A stretch of DNA of 64,000 nucleotides from Chiloscyllium plagiosum (lineage: Eukaryota), in the NCBI RefSeq assembly GCF_004010195.1, contig NC_057718.1:35249777-35313776 (forward strand). Reading direction: 5' to 3'. Numbering within the stretch: position 1 is the first letter of the stretch; every line of letters starts with the position of its first letter. Under the pieces are notes generated by a model that saw only the letters and a program-made list of their open reading frames with translations, was not told the origin of the DNA and made no database searches. Shown one piece after another: positions 25,130 to 38,461 of the stretch. Made by a program: the position numbers and the translations under genes.

Positions 25130-25452
25130 CATAGAATCACAGAATACCTACAGTGTGGAAGCAGGTCATTTGACCCATCAAGTCCATATCGCTCCTCTGA
25201 AGAGCATCCTACCGCGAACCACTAAGCCACTTAGCCAGCACATTCCTGGATACCACAGGGCAATTTAGCATGCTCAATCCATCTAACAGGCACATCTTTG
25301 GGCTGTGGGACGAAACCGAAGAATCCAGGGGAAACCCATGCAGTCATGGGGAGAATGTGCAAACTCCACACAGACAATCACTCAAGACTGGAATCAAAGC
25401 CGGGACCTTGGTGCTATGAGTCAGTAGCGCTAGCCACTGAGCCACTGTGCCA
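25130..25452 (-). mobile_element. HE1-type SINE
   Basis: catagaatc tail; gggcaatttagcatg; ccactgagccactgtgcc head. Confidence 0.85.
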
Positions 25453-26026
25453 CTCACTGTTTTCACTTTAATGATAGATTCGTGATTAAGTTTCTAAAAT
25501 TTTCCTGTAAAACTCCCAAGACAAGGACGTAGCAGCAATTGAAGAGTTGAAGAAATATGCCAAGAGAGAATAGAGACCCAGCATTCATAGCTGCTCGTCT
25601 CACTTTGTGAAGAAGAGTTTGTTCCCAATATTGCTGAGAGATTGTGTTGTACAGCACGGAGATTACATTGATGCTTTGGAGATTTGCTTTACACATCAAC
25701 AATCTGTCTTAGAAGATCATGAACAACAGCACCAGCAACAAAACTCACAGAGGCCTTCTGCTTGCAGACATAAAACTGCACAGCAGAAAGTAAGAAAACA
25801 GGAACAGACCAAGGGAGGTGCAGAGAGGAGAGAAAGAGAAGGGAGTAGCAACAGAGGGAAGAAACAGAGACAGAAGAGCAGCAAAAAAGGTGAACAGTAG
25901 AGAAGAAAGCAGCAAAAGAGGACCAGCAAGAGACAGCAACAATAAAGGGGTGGAACAGTCTGAGGGGAAAGCAGAAAGAGGAAATCAGAGAGAGGAGACA
26001 ACTAAAAGGACAACATAAATGATATA

Positions 26027-26141
26027 AAGTTAAAAATCACAGAACAGCAGGTTATAGTCCAACAGATTGAGTTGGACTCTAACCTGGTGTAGTGTGATGT
26101 TTAACTTTGCACATCCCAGTTCAACGGCAGCACCTCGAAAT
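26027..26141 (+). mobile_element. Short fold-back insertion of the second pLTR family
   Basis: Inverted arms 26026-26062 / 26072-26108 match 24814-24850; 13-bp TSD cataaatgatata (26014-26026 / 26142-26154). Confidence 0.75.
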
Positions 26142-27404
26142 CATAAATGATATATATTGTCTGATTGTTTGATTGATATGTTGCTAAGCAAGATGTTATC
26201 TGTACTCCAATAATCTAAACAAAAAACTTGCATAATTACCTCCTAACTCACCTTTTTGTACGCTGCACTAGAGTCCCCTAACTAAGATGGAGAATTAAGC
26301 GACATTAGAGATGATGAGAAATTTATTTCAATATTTCCAATAGTAACAACAGTGGAAACTCCATAATTAAACTTTGTGAAGAGCATCAAAATATTACTAT
26401 CATTTAAGATTTGTAGAAAGAACATCACTATTTGCATTTGAGAAAGAAAAAAGACTAACAGTGACTGGTAGGAATAAAGGTAATTTTGTTCCTATAGAAA
26501 CCGTTGAAACCACTAAAATATTTGGCCTGACTCATTCAAATATGTTGGATATCTTCAGTAATTTACTTATTTTAGAATTGTTTTCCTTATTCTGTGGAGG
26601 ATATGTGGCAACTGGAATAAACCATAAGTTGTTTATTCAGAGCGATAAATAAATTTTGCCATGATGACGTCATTGAGCAGTATCAACATTCTGCCTGCTT
26701 ATGCAAATGTGCCCCAAGTGAACTGAAGACCAAGATAGCACGGAACTAGTGCAGGGTCACGTTGACTGAGGCCTCTAGTAGAAATTGATCTGACTCCCTT
26801 CTGTGTATGTTATGTACCAGAAGAAGATACCGATAAAATCCACAGGGGTTTGAGATTTGCTTCATATAATCACATTCCAATTCCACATCTCATTCTAGGA
26901 GTTAACATGACACTTCTTTAAAGATCTTCCTTTCAAAACAGTCCAAGACATGCAAATTGGCAAATTCTTTGCCTTGATCATTCACACCTACTTGGGTGAT
27001 GTGATGTAAAGTGATTTATGGTTCTGACCCAATTGCTAGCCTGCGAGACCAACAGAGGCATCATGAAAGTTACAGAGCAACAGCCCAGCAGCAAGCTCAT
27101 TCTTCTCAGTGTTTAGTTTCTCTAATTATTTTAGTTTTGGCACCCTCTTTCAATTACTCTTACAGTTTTGCAATTCAATTTCCTGTTAGTGTCAAAAGGT
27201 AAATTCAGAAATCAAAATATCTTACTCCATCTCTATCTAGATGTCAAAAAGTGATAGGACTGCAATAAACTAGTCCCCCAGCATCATAAATAGAGACAGA
27301 ATCTGTCTTGCTATCACTCCTTCATTGTAAGTGATGAAGTGTGGATGTCCTCTGAGGCATTGCCAAAGGAACAGTGCATGTACAGATTGTACATCTCACA
27401 AAAA

Positions 27405-28135
27405 GCAATTGATTTTGTTCACTAATGTTCTTTGGAGAAGGAAATATACTGTTCTTACCTGGATTGGTCTATGTATGACTGCAGAGTCACCATAATGTGG
27501 ATGACTCTTTAATCCCCATTGAAAATAACCAAGCAAGTCAGTCAGTTGCATGAAATTGTTATGGGAGATTCAATAAGGAATAGAATCAAATAGGCAACCC
27601 AGGATCAATCAAGGCACCAGAAACAACAGCCCTACCAACACCTGCTCCTCACTAATGCTTGGGGGCTTGCTTCGAAATTGGGAAAGCTGTCTTGCCAACA
27701 AGTCAAGCAAAAGTCTGACATTGTCTTACTCAAGGAATTACACTTTATCAAAAATATCCCAGATAACATCACTATCTCTGGGAACATCCTGTTCCATGAG
27801 CAGAACAGACATACCAGAAGTGATGTCTTGAGGGTACTCCAGTTGGGAAGAATTTGACCTAGGAGTTGTCAACATTGACTCCAAAGCTATGATGCCTTAT
27901 GGCATCAAATCAAACATTGGCACACCACCTTTCGTAGTTTCCTTCACAATCCTGACTTGGAACTATATCGCTCTACCTTCACGATCATTGAGTCAAAAGT
28001 CTGGAACTGCATCCCTAACAGCACTGTGGGTGTCTCAACACCATACAGATTGCAACAGTTCAAGAATGCATTTCACAACCGCACATCAAAGGACAATTAG
28101 GTATGGCAATAAATTCTAGCTTAGCCAGCACATTC
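27405..28135 (+). mobile_element. Decayed L2-like LINE pieces (5' region, endonuclease start, 3' tail)
   Basis: Similar to 17670-17770, 55600-56050 and the reverse complement of 2890-3090. Confidence 0.55.
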
Positions 28136-29986
28136 TGTTCTCTACATAACAAAACTAATGTGCCATCAGCTTCTACAAGCTTACTGGAACTTTTGCTATC
28201 TACCTCCATGATTCCTGGTTGACATTGCAGGAGTCCCTTTGCCCCTGGAGTCCTGGCCTCTGGACTTGCTGACATTTTACTCCACTGAATAGACCACATC
28301 GAGTTGCATCCAGAATTCTGCTCCATTTCCTTTTCTCATTCTTGTGATTATTTCTGAGAAAATAGAGATATGCAGTCACTGGAAATGACACTGCACAGCA
28401 CTTTCCTAATCCCAATTAACCCATGCTGATGTAAATTCTAAGCAAAAGAGCGTGCAGATCCATTTGGGCGAAATCCATCCCACCCAACCATATTAAGGTT
28501 CATATTCTGCCCTTTATTCTTTTCTGTACTGGATTTGAGATTGAATGTTGGTGGGCTACATCAAATTCAGGTCCCAGCTCAATGGACTGAATCTTACCAG
28601 ATACCAGCTAAGTGTCATTTTCATCAATTTTCTTATTTTGGAAGGTTTCTCTCTCTGGAGGCCGAGCAATTTCTTTCCCAAACTCACCTCATTAACTTTG
28701 TACCATGCCTCTGCAGTGCCCCACTCTTCTGATGCTAGGCCAATTCTCCAACTCGCTGTAAGTGGAAGCAGTCACCATATCCCAGGATCCCTGGCACCAG
28801 TGACATCCTTAAAAGACCATTGTGCACCCAGAAAAATGCTGGCAATTCAGAAATACCCTGCATGATTCAAGACATTGTTGTGGCAACATACACTTCTGTG
28901 TTTTCTGGTGAAATGAATAGTGATGGTTAACTTCAATGTTCTTCCCATCACATGGCTGATCAGGAATTTCTCCTCCACTTATCACCTGTCATGTTTACTG
29001 ATCATGACATCCCAGGATGGAATTCAAACCTTTGGCTCAGACGTAGTGAGATACAACCCACTGTGCCACAAGACCTCATCGCTGGTAATAAAATAGCACA
29101 ATATAGATAAAAAGACTCAGATTCCACTGTTCTGTGATAGATTACACCATGTTCACTTACGCATAACAGTCTGCACATATGTATTACATTGCAACTTTTC
29201 ACCTTTAGATGTGATCAAAACAAAAGCTAAAGAGAGACTTCAAGGAATCCATTTGATACTGATAATAACTTTAGATATTCTGTTATTTTCTATTCAAATA
29301 AAATCCTAGTATTTAATTTTGTTACATGTATGTTGAATAAATTATTCCATTTTACCAAGAGACGCTTGTGAAGCAAGATGGCAGGAACTATTTCTTGTGA
29401 CAATATACATATGTTGTTTTTCGTGGAAGGGAAAGGTAGGGTTCATGACCCATTCCAAAGATAAATCAGTATTTTTAATCAACATTCTTTAGAAAAAAAG
29501 CAGAATCATGACTCCTCCAGACTAAAAAGAAACATCTATGTTTGTGGTTTTGAGTTACTTCAGTGGTTTAATATAGAAACACAGTTAAGAAAAGTAGAAA
29601 AGCAATATCTCAAAATAGCTATATCCTGTTTAGTTGAATATGATTATGCTTTTGTGATAGTTATCTCTAGTTAGCAGATTTTATGCACTAATAAAATACA
29701 ACTGCAAATCAAGCAAACCTTTGACAGCATTCAAATTCTTGGCTACACAACACTGACAAACAAGACGGGACAAAATCTTTATTAAGCTTTTTTCATTAAT
29801 GTTAAGAGGAAGGGAGAAATGGCAATTTGCTGTTTGTGGCTGGACATGCAATGGATTAAGATAAATTCTTCCCCTTTATACCACAGGTATAAGTGTGCAA
29901 AATGTCCTCCAACTGTGCTATCTGCAATTATGATTTTCTTCTGAAGGCATTGACTCATATGAAATAAGGAATTCAAGAATTCCTCT

Positions 29987-30333
29987 GATAGAATCATAGA
30001 ATCTCTACACTGTGGAAACAGGCCAATTGTCCCATCAAATAAACACCAACTCTCTGAAAGGCATCCCACACAGACCCATCCCCCTACCTTATCCCTGTAA
30101 CCTGGCATTACCCACTTAACCTACACAACCCTGAACACAATGGACAATTTAGCATGGCCAATCCACCTAACCTGTACATGTTTGGTCTGTGGGAGAAAAC
30201 CAGTGCACCCAGAGGAAACCCATGCCAAGAACCTGCAAACTCCACACAGACAGTCACCTGAGGGTGAGAATTGAAGCCAGGTCCCTGGCAATGTGAGACA
30301 GCAGTCCTAACCACAGAGCCACTGTGCCACCCA
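29987..30333 (-). mobile_element. HE1-type SINE
   Basis: atagaatcatagaatc tail; gacaatttagcatggccaatccacctaacctg; gccactgtgcc head. Confidence 0.85.
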
Positions 30334-30499
30334 TTAACTTAGAGAGAATAAAGCCGTGTCTCCAGCATTAACAAGTCATAGATAACTATCTTCCAGGTCT
30401 TCACTGATCTGATTGATTGATGGCTTGGCTTGACTTCTTGCCCATGAAAAGAATCTCTCACATGATGCTGATGTCTCCCAGCATGGCAGCTGATAAAGA

Positions 30500-31525
30500 G
30501 TTGAAACTTTATTGCTGGAACAGCACAGCAGGTCAGGCAGCATCCAGGGAACAGGAGATTTGACGTTTCGGGCACAGGCCCTTCTTCAGGAATGAGCAGA
30601 GAGTGTTCAGCAGGAGAAGATAAAAGGTAGGGAGGAGGGACTTGGAGGAGAGGCGTTGGAAATGTGATAGGTGGAAAGAGGTCAAGGTGAGGGTGATAGG
30701 TCGGAGTAGGATGGAGGCGGAGAGGTCAAGAAGAAGACTGCAGGTCAGGAAGGCGGTGCCGGGCTGGAGGGATCCGGCTGAGACAAGGTGGGGGGAAGGG
30801 GGATGAAGAAACTGGTGAAGTCCAAGTTCATCCCCTGTGGTTGGAGGGTTCCCAGCCGGAAGATAAGACGCTCCTCCTCCGACCGTCGCGTTGTTGTGGT
30901 TTGGCGGTGGATGAGTCCAATGACCTGCATATCCTCGGTGGAGTGGGAGGGGGAGTTGAAATGCTGTGCCACAGGTTGGTGGGGTTGGTTCGTCCGGGTG
31001 GCCCAGAGGTGCTCTCTGAATCGCTCCGCAAGTAGGCGGCCTGTCTCCCCAATATAGAGGAGGCCACACCGGCTGCAGCGGATGCAGTAGATGATGTGGG
31101 TGGAGGTGCAGGTGAATCTGTGGCAGATATGGAAGTTTCCTTTGGGGCCTTGGAGAGAAGTGAGGGGGGAGGTGTGGGCGCAAATGTTGCACCTCCTGCG
31201 GTTGCAAGGGAAGGTCCAAACAGACCCCAGCACCAAGGATATATTTCCCTCCCCTCCCCTATCAGCTTTCCATAGAGACCACTCCCTCCGCGACTCCCTT
31301 GTCAGATCCACACCCCGACCACGTCGGGGGGGAAATTGGGGTCCTTGAAGAAGGAGGCCATCTGTGTTGTACGTATTTTGAACTGGTCCTCCTGGGAGCA
31401 GATGCGGCGGAGACGAAGGAATTGGGAGAATGGGATGGCGTTTTTACAGAGGGCAGGATGGGAGGAGGTGTAGTCCAGGTAGCTGTGGGAGTCGGTTGGT
31501 TTGTAGTAGATGTCCGTGTTGAGAA
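30500..31525 (-). mobile_element. PLE fragment: RT thumb, inverted linker, GIY-YIG endonuclease and pLTR with hammerhead (core 30562-30589)
   Basis: GIY-YIG CNRRRCNIC..IIYCIRCSRCGLLYIGETGRLLAERFREH (30745-31215). RT thumb KPTDSHSYLDYTSSHP..AIPFSQFLRLRRICS (31340-31510). 12-bp TSD agctgataaaga (30488-30499 / 31526-31537). Confidence 0.92.
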
Positions 31526-32461
31526 AGCTGATAAAGACCCACCTAGCAGGCTATTCCTACAGTGACAGAAAGATACAGGCTGCAACAGCACTTCTTCCAC
31601 ACCAGGTGACACCACATTGGGCGGATGGATGAAGACTGAGAATCAAATCTGGCTAGTTCCAGTGTCATTTTACAGCCTCCCATTTTCACGCAGTGCTATC
31701 TGCCAATAACCACTTGGTGATAGAACTTGTCTGGGGTTCTCCCATTTCTGTGGAGCTCCTTCAATTTTCCACCAAAATTATTGTGAGGGAACTCTCAGTG
31801 AAATTTTATTACAATGTATTTGTATATGAACACGTTTTAGTATTTCACAGTGACCAGGAGCAATCTAAGCAGATTTTTCCCATATATTCTTCGGGAACAC
31901 ACCCAATACTATTCTTGGAAGAGATTACATATCTCAGCACATACTTTGTTCATTTCCACACTCGTTAACAGAGCCATTAGAGGAGCTATTATGCAGTCAG
32001 CTATTAAATAAGATTTGTGGGATTATTAATCTATTATTTTAATAGGGCCATGTCAGTGTCTTTGGGACTTTTTAAGCATATCTCGAAAGCTGAGCTGCAG
32101 AGTTTTTCTTATCAGATCATTCTATTGCTGATCTTATTATGACCCCCCACACTATGTATAAACATGGTTATGTCTTGAAAGACATGTTAAGAATTATAAA
32201 AGACTGGTTAATGAAAATTATTCTGGATGGTTTAGAATGGTTGATTCATATAGTTGCTGATGTCTGAGCCCTCTGGTCTGAGCAGTGCATGGAGTTATGA
32301 TCCATTGCTGGTTAACTTTGAGAAGAAGGCACAAGACAAACAGTGATCATGACCAAAATTAGATATCAATGAACCAAGTTTACATGATGGCCTTTTCATA
32401 AAACTGGATTAATTCACCCCAGTCTAAAAGAACCTACATGAAAATGCTGGAAATTGTATTG

Positions 32462-32975
32462 ATAAGGATATTATTAAACTAGAAAGAGTGCAGAAAAGAT
32501 TTATTAGGATGTACCTGGACTGGACTGGAAGATTTGAGGTATAAGGAGAGATGGGATAGGCTGGGACCTTTTCTCCTGGAGTTTAGGAGATTAAGAGGTG
32601 ACTTTATAGAGATTTGTAAAATCATGAGAGGCATAGATAAGATAGATAGCCAACAGCTCTTCCCCATCATAGGGGAGTCCAAAACTAGAGGGCATAGGTT
32701 TAAGGTGAGAGGCGAGAAATACAAAAGTGTCCAGAGGGGCAGTATTTCTCACACAGAGGGTGGTGAGTGTCTGGAACAGGCTGTCAGAGGTAGTGGTGGA
32801 ACTGCGTACAACTTTGTCATTTAAGAAACATTTAGACAAGTACATGAATTGGATCTCTATAGAGGAATATGGACCAAATGCAGGCAATTGAGACTAGTTC
32901 AATTGTGAAAACTAGGCAGCTTGGACATTTGGGCCAAAAGGCCTGTTTCCATGCTGGAGATCGCTATGATTCTAT
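32462..32975 (+). mobile_element. CR1 LINE 3' end
   Basis: LERVQKRF..LEFRRLRGDFIEICKIMRGIDK..SKTRGHRFKVRG. Confidence 0.85.
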
Positions 32976-33194
32976 ATAATGAATTTAGCTTCATAAAATT
33001 CCCAAAGGTACATTAAAAGAATCTTATGGAACAAAATTTGATATAATTTCATGTAAGCAGATATTAGAAATGGTCACTGTAAGCTTGCTAAAGGAGATAA
33101 ATTTTCAGGAGCATTTATATAGAAGGGTGGAGATGTGGAGAGGTTTGGAACACGAATTTCATGGTAGATGAAAGTAGACTCATCATTGGAGAGA

Positions 33195-33570
33195 AGATGG
33201 TAATGCAGTGTTCACTGGACGAGTAACTAAATTAATGCTCTAGGGAAATGAGCTCAAATCCCACCATGGCAGCCGGTGCATTTTCAATTCATTAATACAT
33301 TTAATCTGCTTTCCAATGAAATGGACTGGAAAGCTAGTCTCAACAAAGTCAAGCTCTCGTTAATAGTTAAAAAGAACAATTTGTTCAATAATATCTTTCA
33401 GGAAAGGAAGTTTGCCATTATTGCTTGGTCTGGCCTATGTGTGACTCCTGACACACAGCAATGTGATAAACTCTTAATGCCCCTCTGAAATGTTGAATTA
33501 GAGTTTGGCAATAAGTGTCCACCTAGCCAATTACATTCACAACCCATGACAGAGTTAAACAATATAAAAT
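33195..33570 (+). mobile_element. tRNA-derived SINE, second family (old)
   Basis: Similar to 17500-17843 (ctcaaatcccaccatggcagc; ggtctggcctatgtgtgactcc). Confidence 0.7.
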
Positions 33571-34331
33571 CATGAATGTACAAAATACTAAAATCTCTAT
33601 TAATAAAATACTGTCTTTGTAGGCAACATTTCAATCAAACTCCAAAAAATCCAATCAGATTCACTGTCACGGGTTGAGGAAGGCTTTTCAGAACTTCAGC
33701 TCAGCTCTGTGAGATGTCATCCCAGTTATAAACAAAAAGCCCTCTAGCCCTCATCATTCACACCCTTCACCTTTCACATTCTCCTTGTCCCATCCAAGCC
33801 AATGTATGCCACCAGTGTCACATTATGCAACTGCACTAATGACTCTACGCAAAACTATGCTACTTCATGCCCTTTGACCCATTGATACAGAATCAATTAA
33901 CCCTATTGTAGCAATACAATGAGTGAAATAAAGGTTTTTTAAAATCATATTCATTTATTATTCTCCACTATTTTAAAGAAAAGTGATTTTGCTACGAATG
34001 AAAGTGTCAATCATTCAAAGTATCAATAGCAGAAGCTACAAGCACTTGAAAAGTATTAACCTCTGTAAATAGACACTGTGTATATTTCTACAGAGATCAC
34101 TGAACCAGAGCTGTCATTGGACAATATATTCTCCAGGCTGTTTCAGCTTGAAAGGAAAAACATAACTATTTAGAATCTGACATTCTCAACATCTTTATGG
34201 GACTGTGGTGAAACATAGACTATCTCGGGTTAGTACATGGCCTGTTGCCATTGTCTCCAACTTGTCTCTTCTTCCAAGTTAAATGATTTGGACGTCCTTC
34301 ATTTTCCCCTAAGTTAGCCCAGAAACATTTT

Positions 34332-34590
34332 GGGGCAGTACAGTGGCTCAGTGGTAAGCACTGCTACCTCACAGCACCAGCGTCCTGCGTTCAATTCCAC
34401 CCTTATGTGACTGCCTGTGTGTGTCTATGTGAGTTTCCTCCCACAGTCCAAACGATGTGCAGGTTAGGTAGATTGGCCATGGTAAATATGGAGTTAAGGG
34501 ATCAGTGGATCTGGGTGGGATGTTCTTTGGAAGGTTGGTGTGGACTCAATGAGTTGAATGCCCTGCTTCTATACTGTAGGGATTTTATGG
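34332..34590 (+). mobile_element. HE1-type SINE (internally deleted)
   Basis: ggggcagtacagtggctcagtggtaagcactgctacctcacagc..gttcaattcc. Confidence 0.8.
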
Positions 34591-34859
34591 TAACAGGTGT
34601 CATAATCCTAACAAATAGAATAACTGAATTTTCAAATTTCCAGATCAGTCAAGATTAATAATTTTAGTGGATTGCTAGGACGTTAAGATTTGGGGTTTTC
34701 AAAGACTTTAGGTTATCAGCTATGAATTAGTAGAAATTTTAAGTTGAGCAATCAAGTCTCACAATATGATACTTCTGGTAAGTCATAGCCATTTTGAGTT
34801 CTGCTAATGAAATTGATCAAAAGCACAAATAATTATTTCAGGCTATATCTACAGCATCT

Positions 34860-35225
34860 TGAAGCTATTTCCCTGAATGCGTTACTGAAAGGGCACTGCA
34901 TTGTTGCAGATCTCATACATTGTGTGAAATGTCAGAGGTACAAAGGAGCTTAATTGAATTCCATGGTTCAGGGTGGCATTAAAGATCAGGGTATTCTCTT
35001 GTTATTATGCCAACAATGTTTCCTCAAAGAAGTACCAGTTAAAGAAACACATTAACTAGTCATTCATCTCATTGTTTTTTTGTCAAATCTAGTTGGCAGA
35101 GACTAAATGCTATATTTGCATATTTAAGAACAGTCATGCTACTCCAAAATTGTTTGCCATGTGGAGTCATTTATCATTCTCTTTTGGCAATGTGGTCGAA
35201 TGCTTTGTAATTTCAACCATTTCTT
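34860..35225 (+). mobile_element. Old Deu-domain SINE remnant
   Basis: tactgaaagggcactgcattgttgcag..actagtcattcatctcattg..ctactccaaaa. Confidence 0.45.
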
Positions 35226-36239
35226 AATAAGACTCAGAAAGTGGATTTTGCATGATCCAATCTTTGCACCGCAATTTGAATTGGAAGCTAACTACAAATA
35301 GCCAATTTTTCACATGAAGATTCCATGATGAGAAAATGAGTAGGACAACTGGCTAAAAAATTGTTTTTTTTTAATTGTTGTTGGAGGGAGGAATGTTCCC
35401 TGAGATCTAGGGAGAAATACTTCCTTCTCTTCAAATAGTCATGGCATCTTATGTTTATATCCACTTGAACAGATAGAACAACCTTTAGTTTAGTATTTCA
35501 TCAGAAAGATACCATTTCCAGCAGCATAAAACTGTCTCAGCCCTCTTCTGTGGTGACAGCTAAGATGATGGGCTCAAATCTACTATTTTTTTTTGAAATT
35601 ATTGCAAAATAGAACTTTTGAAGTTCAGACTGGCTGCCTGGTTTAAGACATCAAACATGACCAGAGCGTGTTGTGGCAATACTATTTTTCTTGCATTGGC
35701 ATTCACACGCCAACGCTTCAGATCTGAGTTGATGTTGTGTAACTGACCTGAATGACCTGCCATCAAACAAGGAATATGACCACATGAAGGGATGCCACTT
35801 ACTTTTTGTGTAGTACAGCGGTCATTGAATAAAACTCTTCACAAAGCCATATAAGCCGGGAATACAAAGTATAATATGTCCATCAATAAAGTTCAAAAAG
35901 CACATTTGCATTAACAAACACATTGTAATTCAGGAGCAATCCAGGAACTATTTAAATACATTTGCAGTAACATTGCTATTGCTAATTTAGAGGATGGGGA
36001 GTGATTAACATTCAGCCAATGCCACCACTTTCTCGGTAAGATCTTCCTATCGCCTCTCAAGGACTTATTCTTCAGGGAATGTAGGAGGTTTGGAAACACC
36101 GGAGGATCTTCAGCTTCATAAGACTGAAATCAGGCTGGCTCTAATAATGTTAATTATGGAGTATTTTATACTTTCAGAAGGATGAGCCTTCAAGGATTGG
36201 AGACCTCACATCCACTGCAGTACATGTGCCTGTCCTCAG

Positions 36240-36597
36240 GTATCCTGTATTCATGCCCAAAACTGGCAGCTGTGATTTTCCTGCTCCTCAGATGCTGCCT
36301 GAACTGCTGTGCTTTTCCAGCACCACTCTAATCCATGCAGGAAAACCCAATACATGGCCAACAATCTATGCCACTTTCTCTATGCAATTTCTCTTCCTCC
36401 CACTCAGGACTGAAAATGGCAAAAGACATAGGCACCAGAGCATTAGCCATGAGTTCATGTCATGTTGGAGCAAGGGAGGACTGCAGATGTTGGAGAATCA
36501 GACTTGAAAAGTATGGCTCTGGAAAAGCACAGCAGGTCAGGCAGCATCCAACAAGCGGGAAAGTTGACGTTTCAGGAGTAAACCCTACATCAGGAAT
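36240..36597. mobile_element. Two degenerate PLE pLTR fragments (36240-36335 +; 36470-36597 -, hammerhead remnant 36566-36593)
   Basis: gatgctgcctgaactgctgtgcttttccagcaccactctaatc; minus strand ctgatgtagggtttactcctgaaacgtc. Confidence 0.7.
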
Positions 36598-38461
36598 GTC
36601 AGGTTGTATGTTTATAGAGGTATGGGTCTTGCTGCATAGTCAATGGGACAAATGTCACCAACGGTTGCATCTGGCACTTAACCCATGGATTGTCATTCCC
36701 CTTAGAGTTAGGCAAACAAACAAACAAAACAGGTAGATGGTTACCTTCAGCTATCATATACACCATGGGCTGTTTCTTTCTTGGTACACAAAATAATGAA
36801 AGAAAATACAGAAGGTAAAAGCCTGGTAGAGTGAGCAATCAGTCACCCATTATAAATTTCAGTGTGTAAATGTCAGTTGATAATGTTGAATAACAGGAGT
36901 GTGATCCATACAACTAGGTTAATGCCCAGATTCATGCGACCTTAACTGGCATTGCCAACTCCTGCCTACAAATAGAAAGGATGAAATAATTTGCTTTCAT
37001 AGAGCTCCTTCCATGACTTCAAGATATTGCAAATCACTTGATCATCAATACAATACTGTAAAACCTTGAATGGAAATTTTAACCAGGTGGGGAAGGAAAG
37101 ATTCCCCTCTGGTGCTGGCTGATTGCTATCTTAAATTGCAAATTACAAAGATATTACCAAAAATCAGTGGATCCTCATTTAAATATATTCCAGTGACATG
37201 ATCAGGGCCTGACTGGCATATTAATGCAAGAGCTGAGTTGAGCAGCATTGTTGGGCTCCCGACCAGGCCAAAGTGTTGGGAAATGTATCCAGCACCAGAA
37301 GAGGCACAGCAGGTTACACTGTTGATGATTTATTTTCAAGAAAGAGTTCCTTGTGAAGATGTTTTGATCCCCTTTGTCCTGATCAATTATGTGAGTGCCA
37401 AGAATTGTATATTGAATAATAAAAACCAAAATGAGAAAAGCAAATTGATGAAAAAAAGACAAGTGGCAGAAAAGAGCCAAAGTAGAATAAGACAGTTTAC
37501 ATGAGAGTGTACATCCTTGATTAGTTTATGTTCTCATTTAGTTTTGCCTTAGCTATCTATTAATTTGTTGGAACTCTTTCTACAAACTTGTTTGACTTAA
37601 TTGCTTTGCTCACATCAGATTGGAGCCCCATTGCTTAACTTCCTGTTTACTGCCTTGTTTCTTGGCACCATGCAAATTTAAATTAGTAATTAGAATGTTG
37701 CACTGGGTAAGGAGTAATGCACACAGACTGAGCAAAGTGGCTTAGATAACATCTAGCCGACAGTGTGTTGCTGATAACTTTGTTCCTCTCAAGTCAGCCT
37801 GCTAAACATAAAATTCTCAATTAAATCGAAGTCAAAGTAAGCAACTTTGAACTATTAACCAATCAGTTCCTCAGAGCACACATTTTATACTTGTCGAATT
37901 CAAATATGCATGGATCTAAAAATATGTGCCAACAGAAATTACAGTACAGGTACACGGAACCAAACTAAAATCAATTCTGAAGCTTGCCTGAAAGGTTATT
38001 AAGTTAATAGATTGTTTCATTATTATTAAGCTTAACAAATCAAGAAGAGCCACAATTCAATCAATGCTCTGTGCTAATTACCTGACCTTACTTTTATCCC
38101 TGACTAGGGTATGGACAGGAATGACAGAGGACTGAAACTCCTGTTCCCTTCCCTTCCCTTAACATTTGTATTCAGAGTATTGTTTTTGAACAGGGTAATG
38201 TGTATGTTTCTTAACCCTTGGTATGTGGTCAGTTTATAATCTAGCAACAAGCACTTGTGGGTTTAGAACAAAGAGGATTCTTTATTCATGCGTTCACCCC
38301 CTAAATCTAACACCACATCATTCATTCACCATTCACACACACTTGAGAAAAATATAGTTAAAAAGAATAGTGTACTTTAACAAGATATAAACAGTAATAA
38401 TTAAGCCACATGATTGGCTCATCTCATTGCAGACTATGAAATAAATTATTATTTTCCATTC

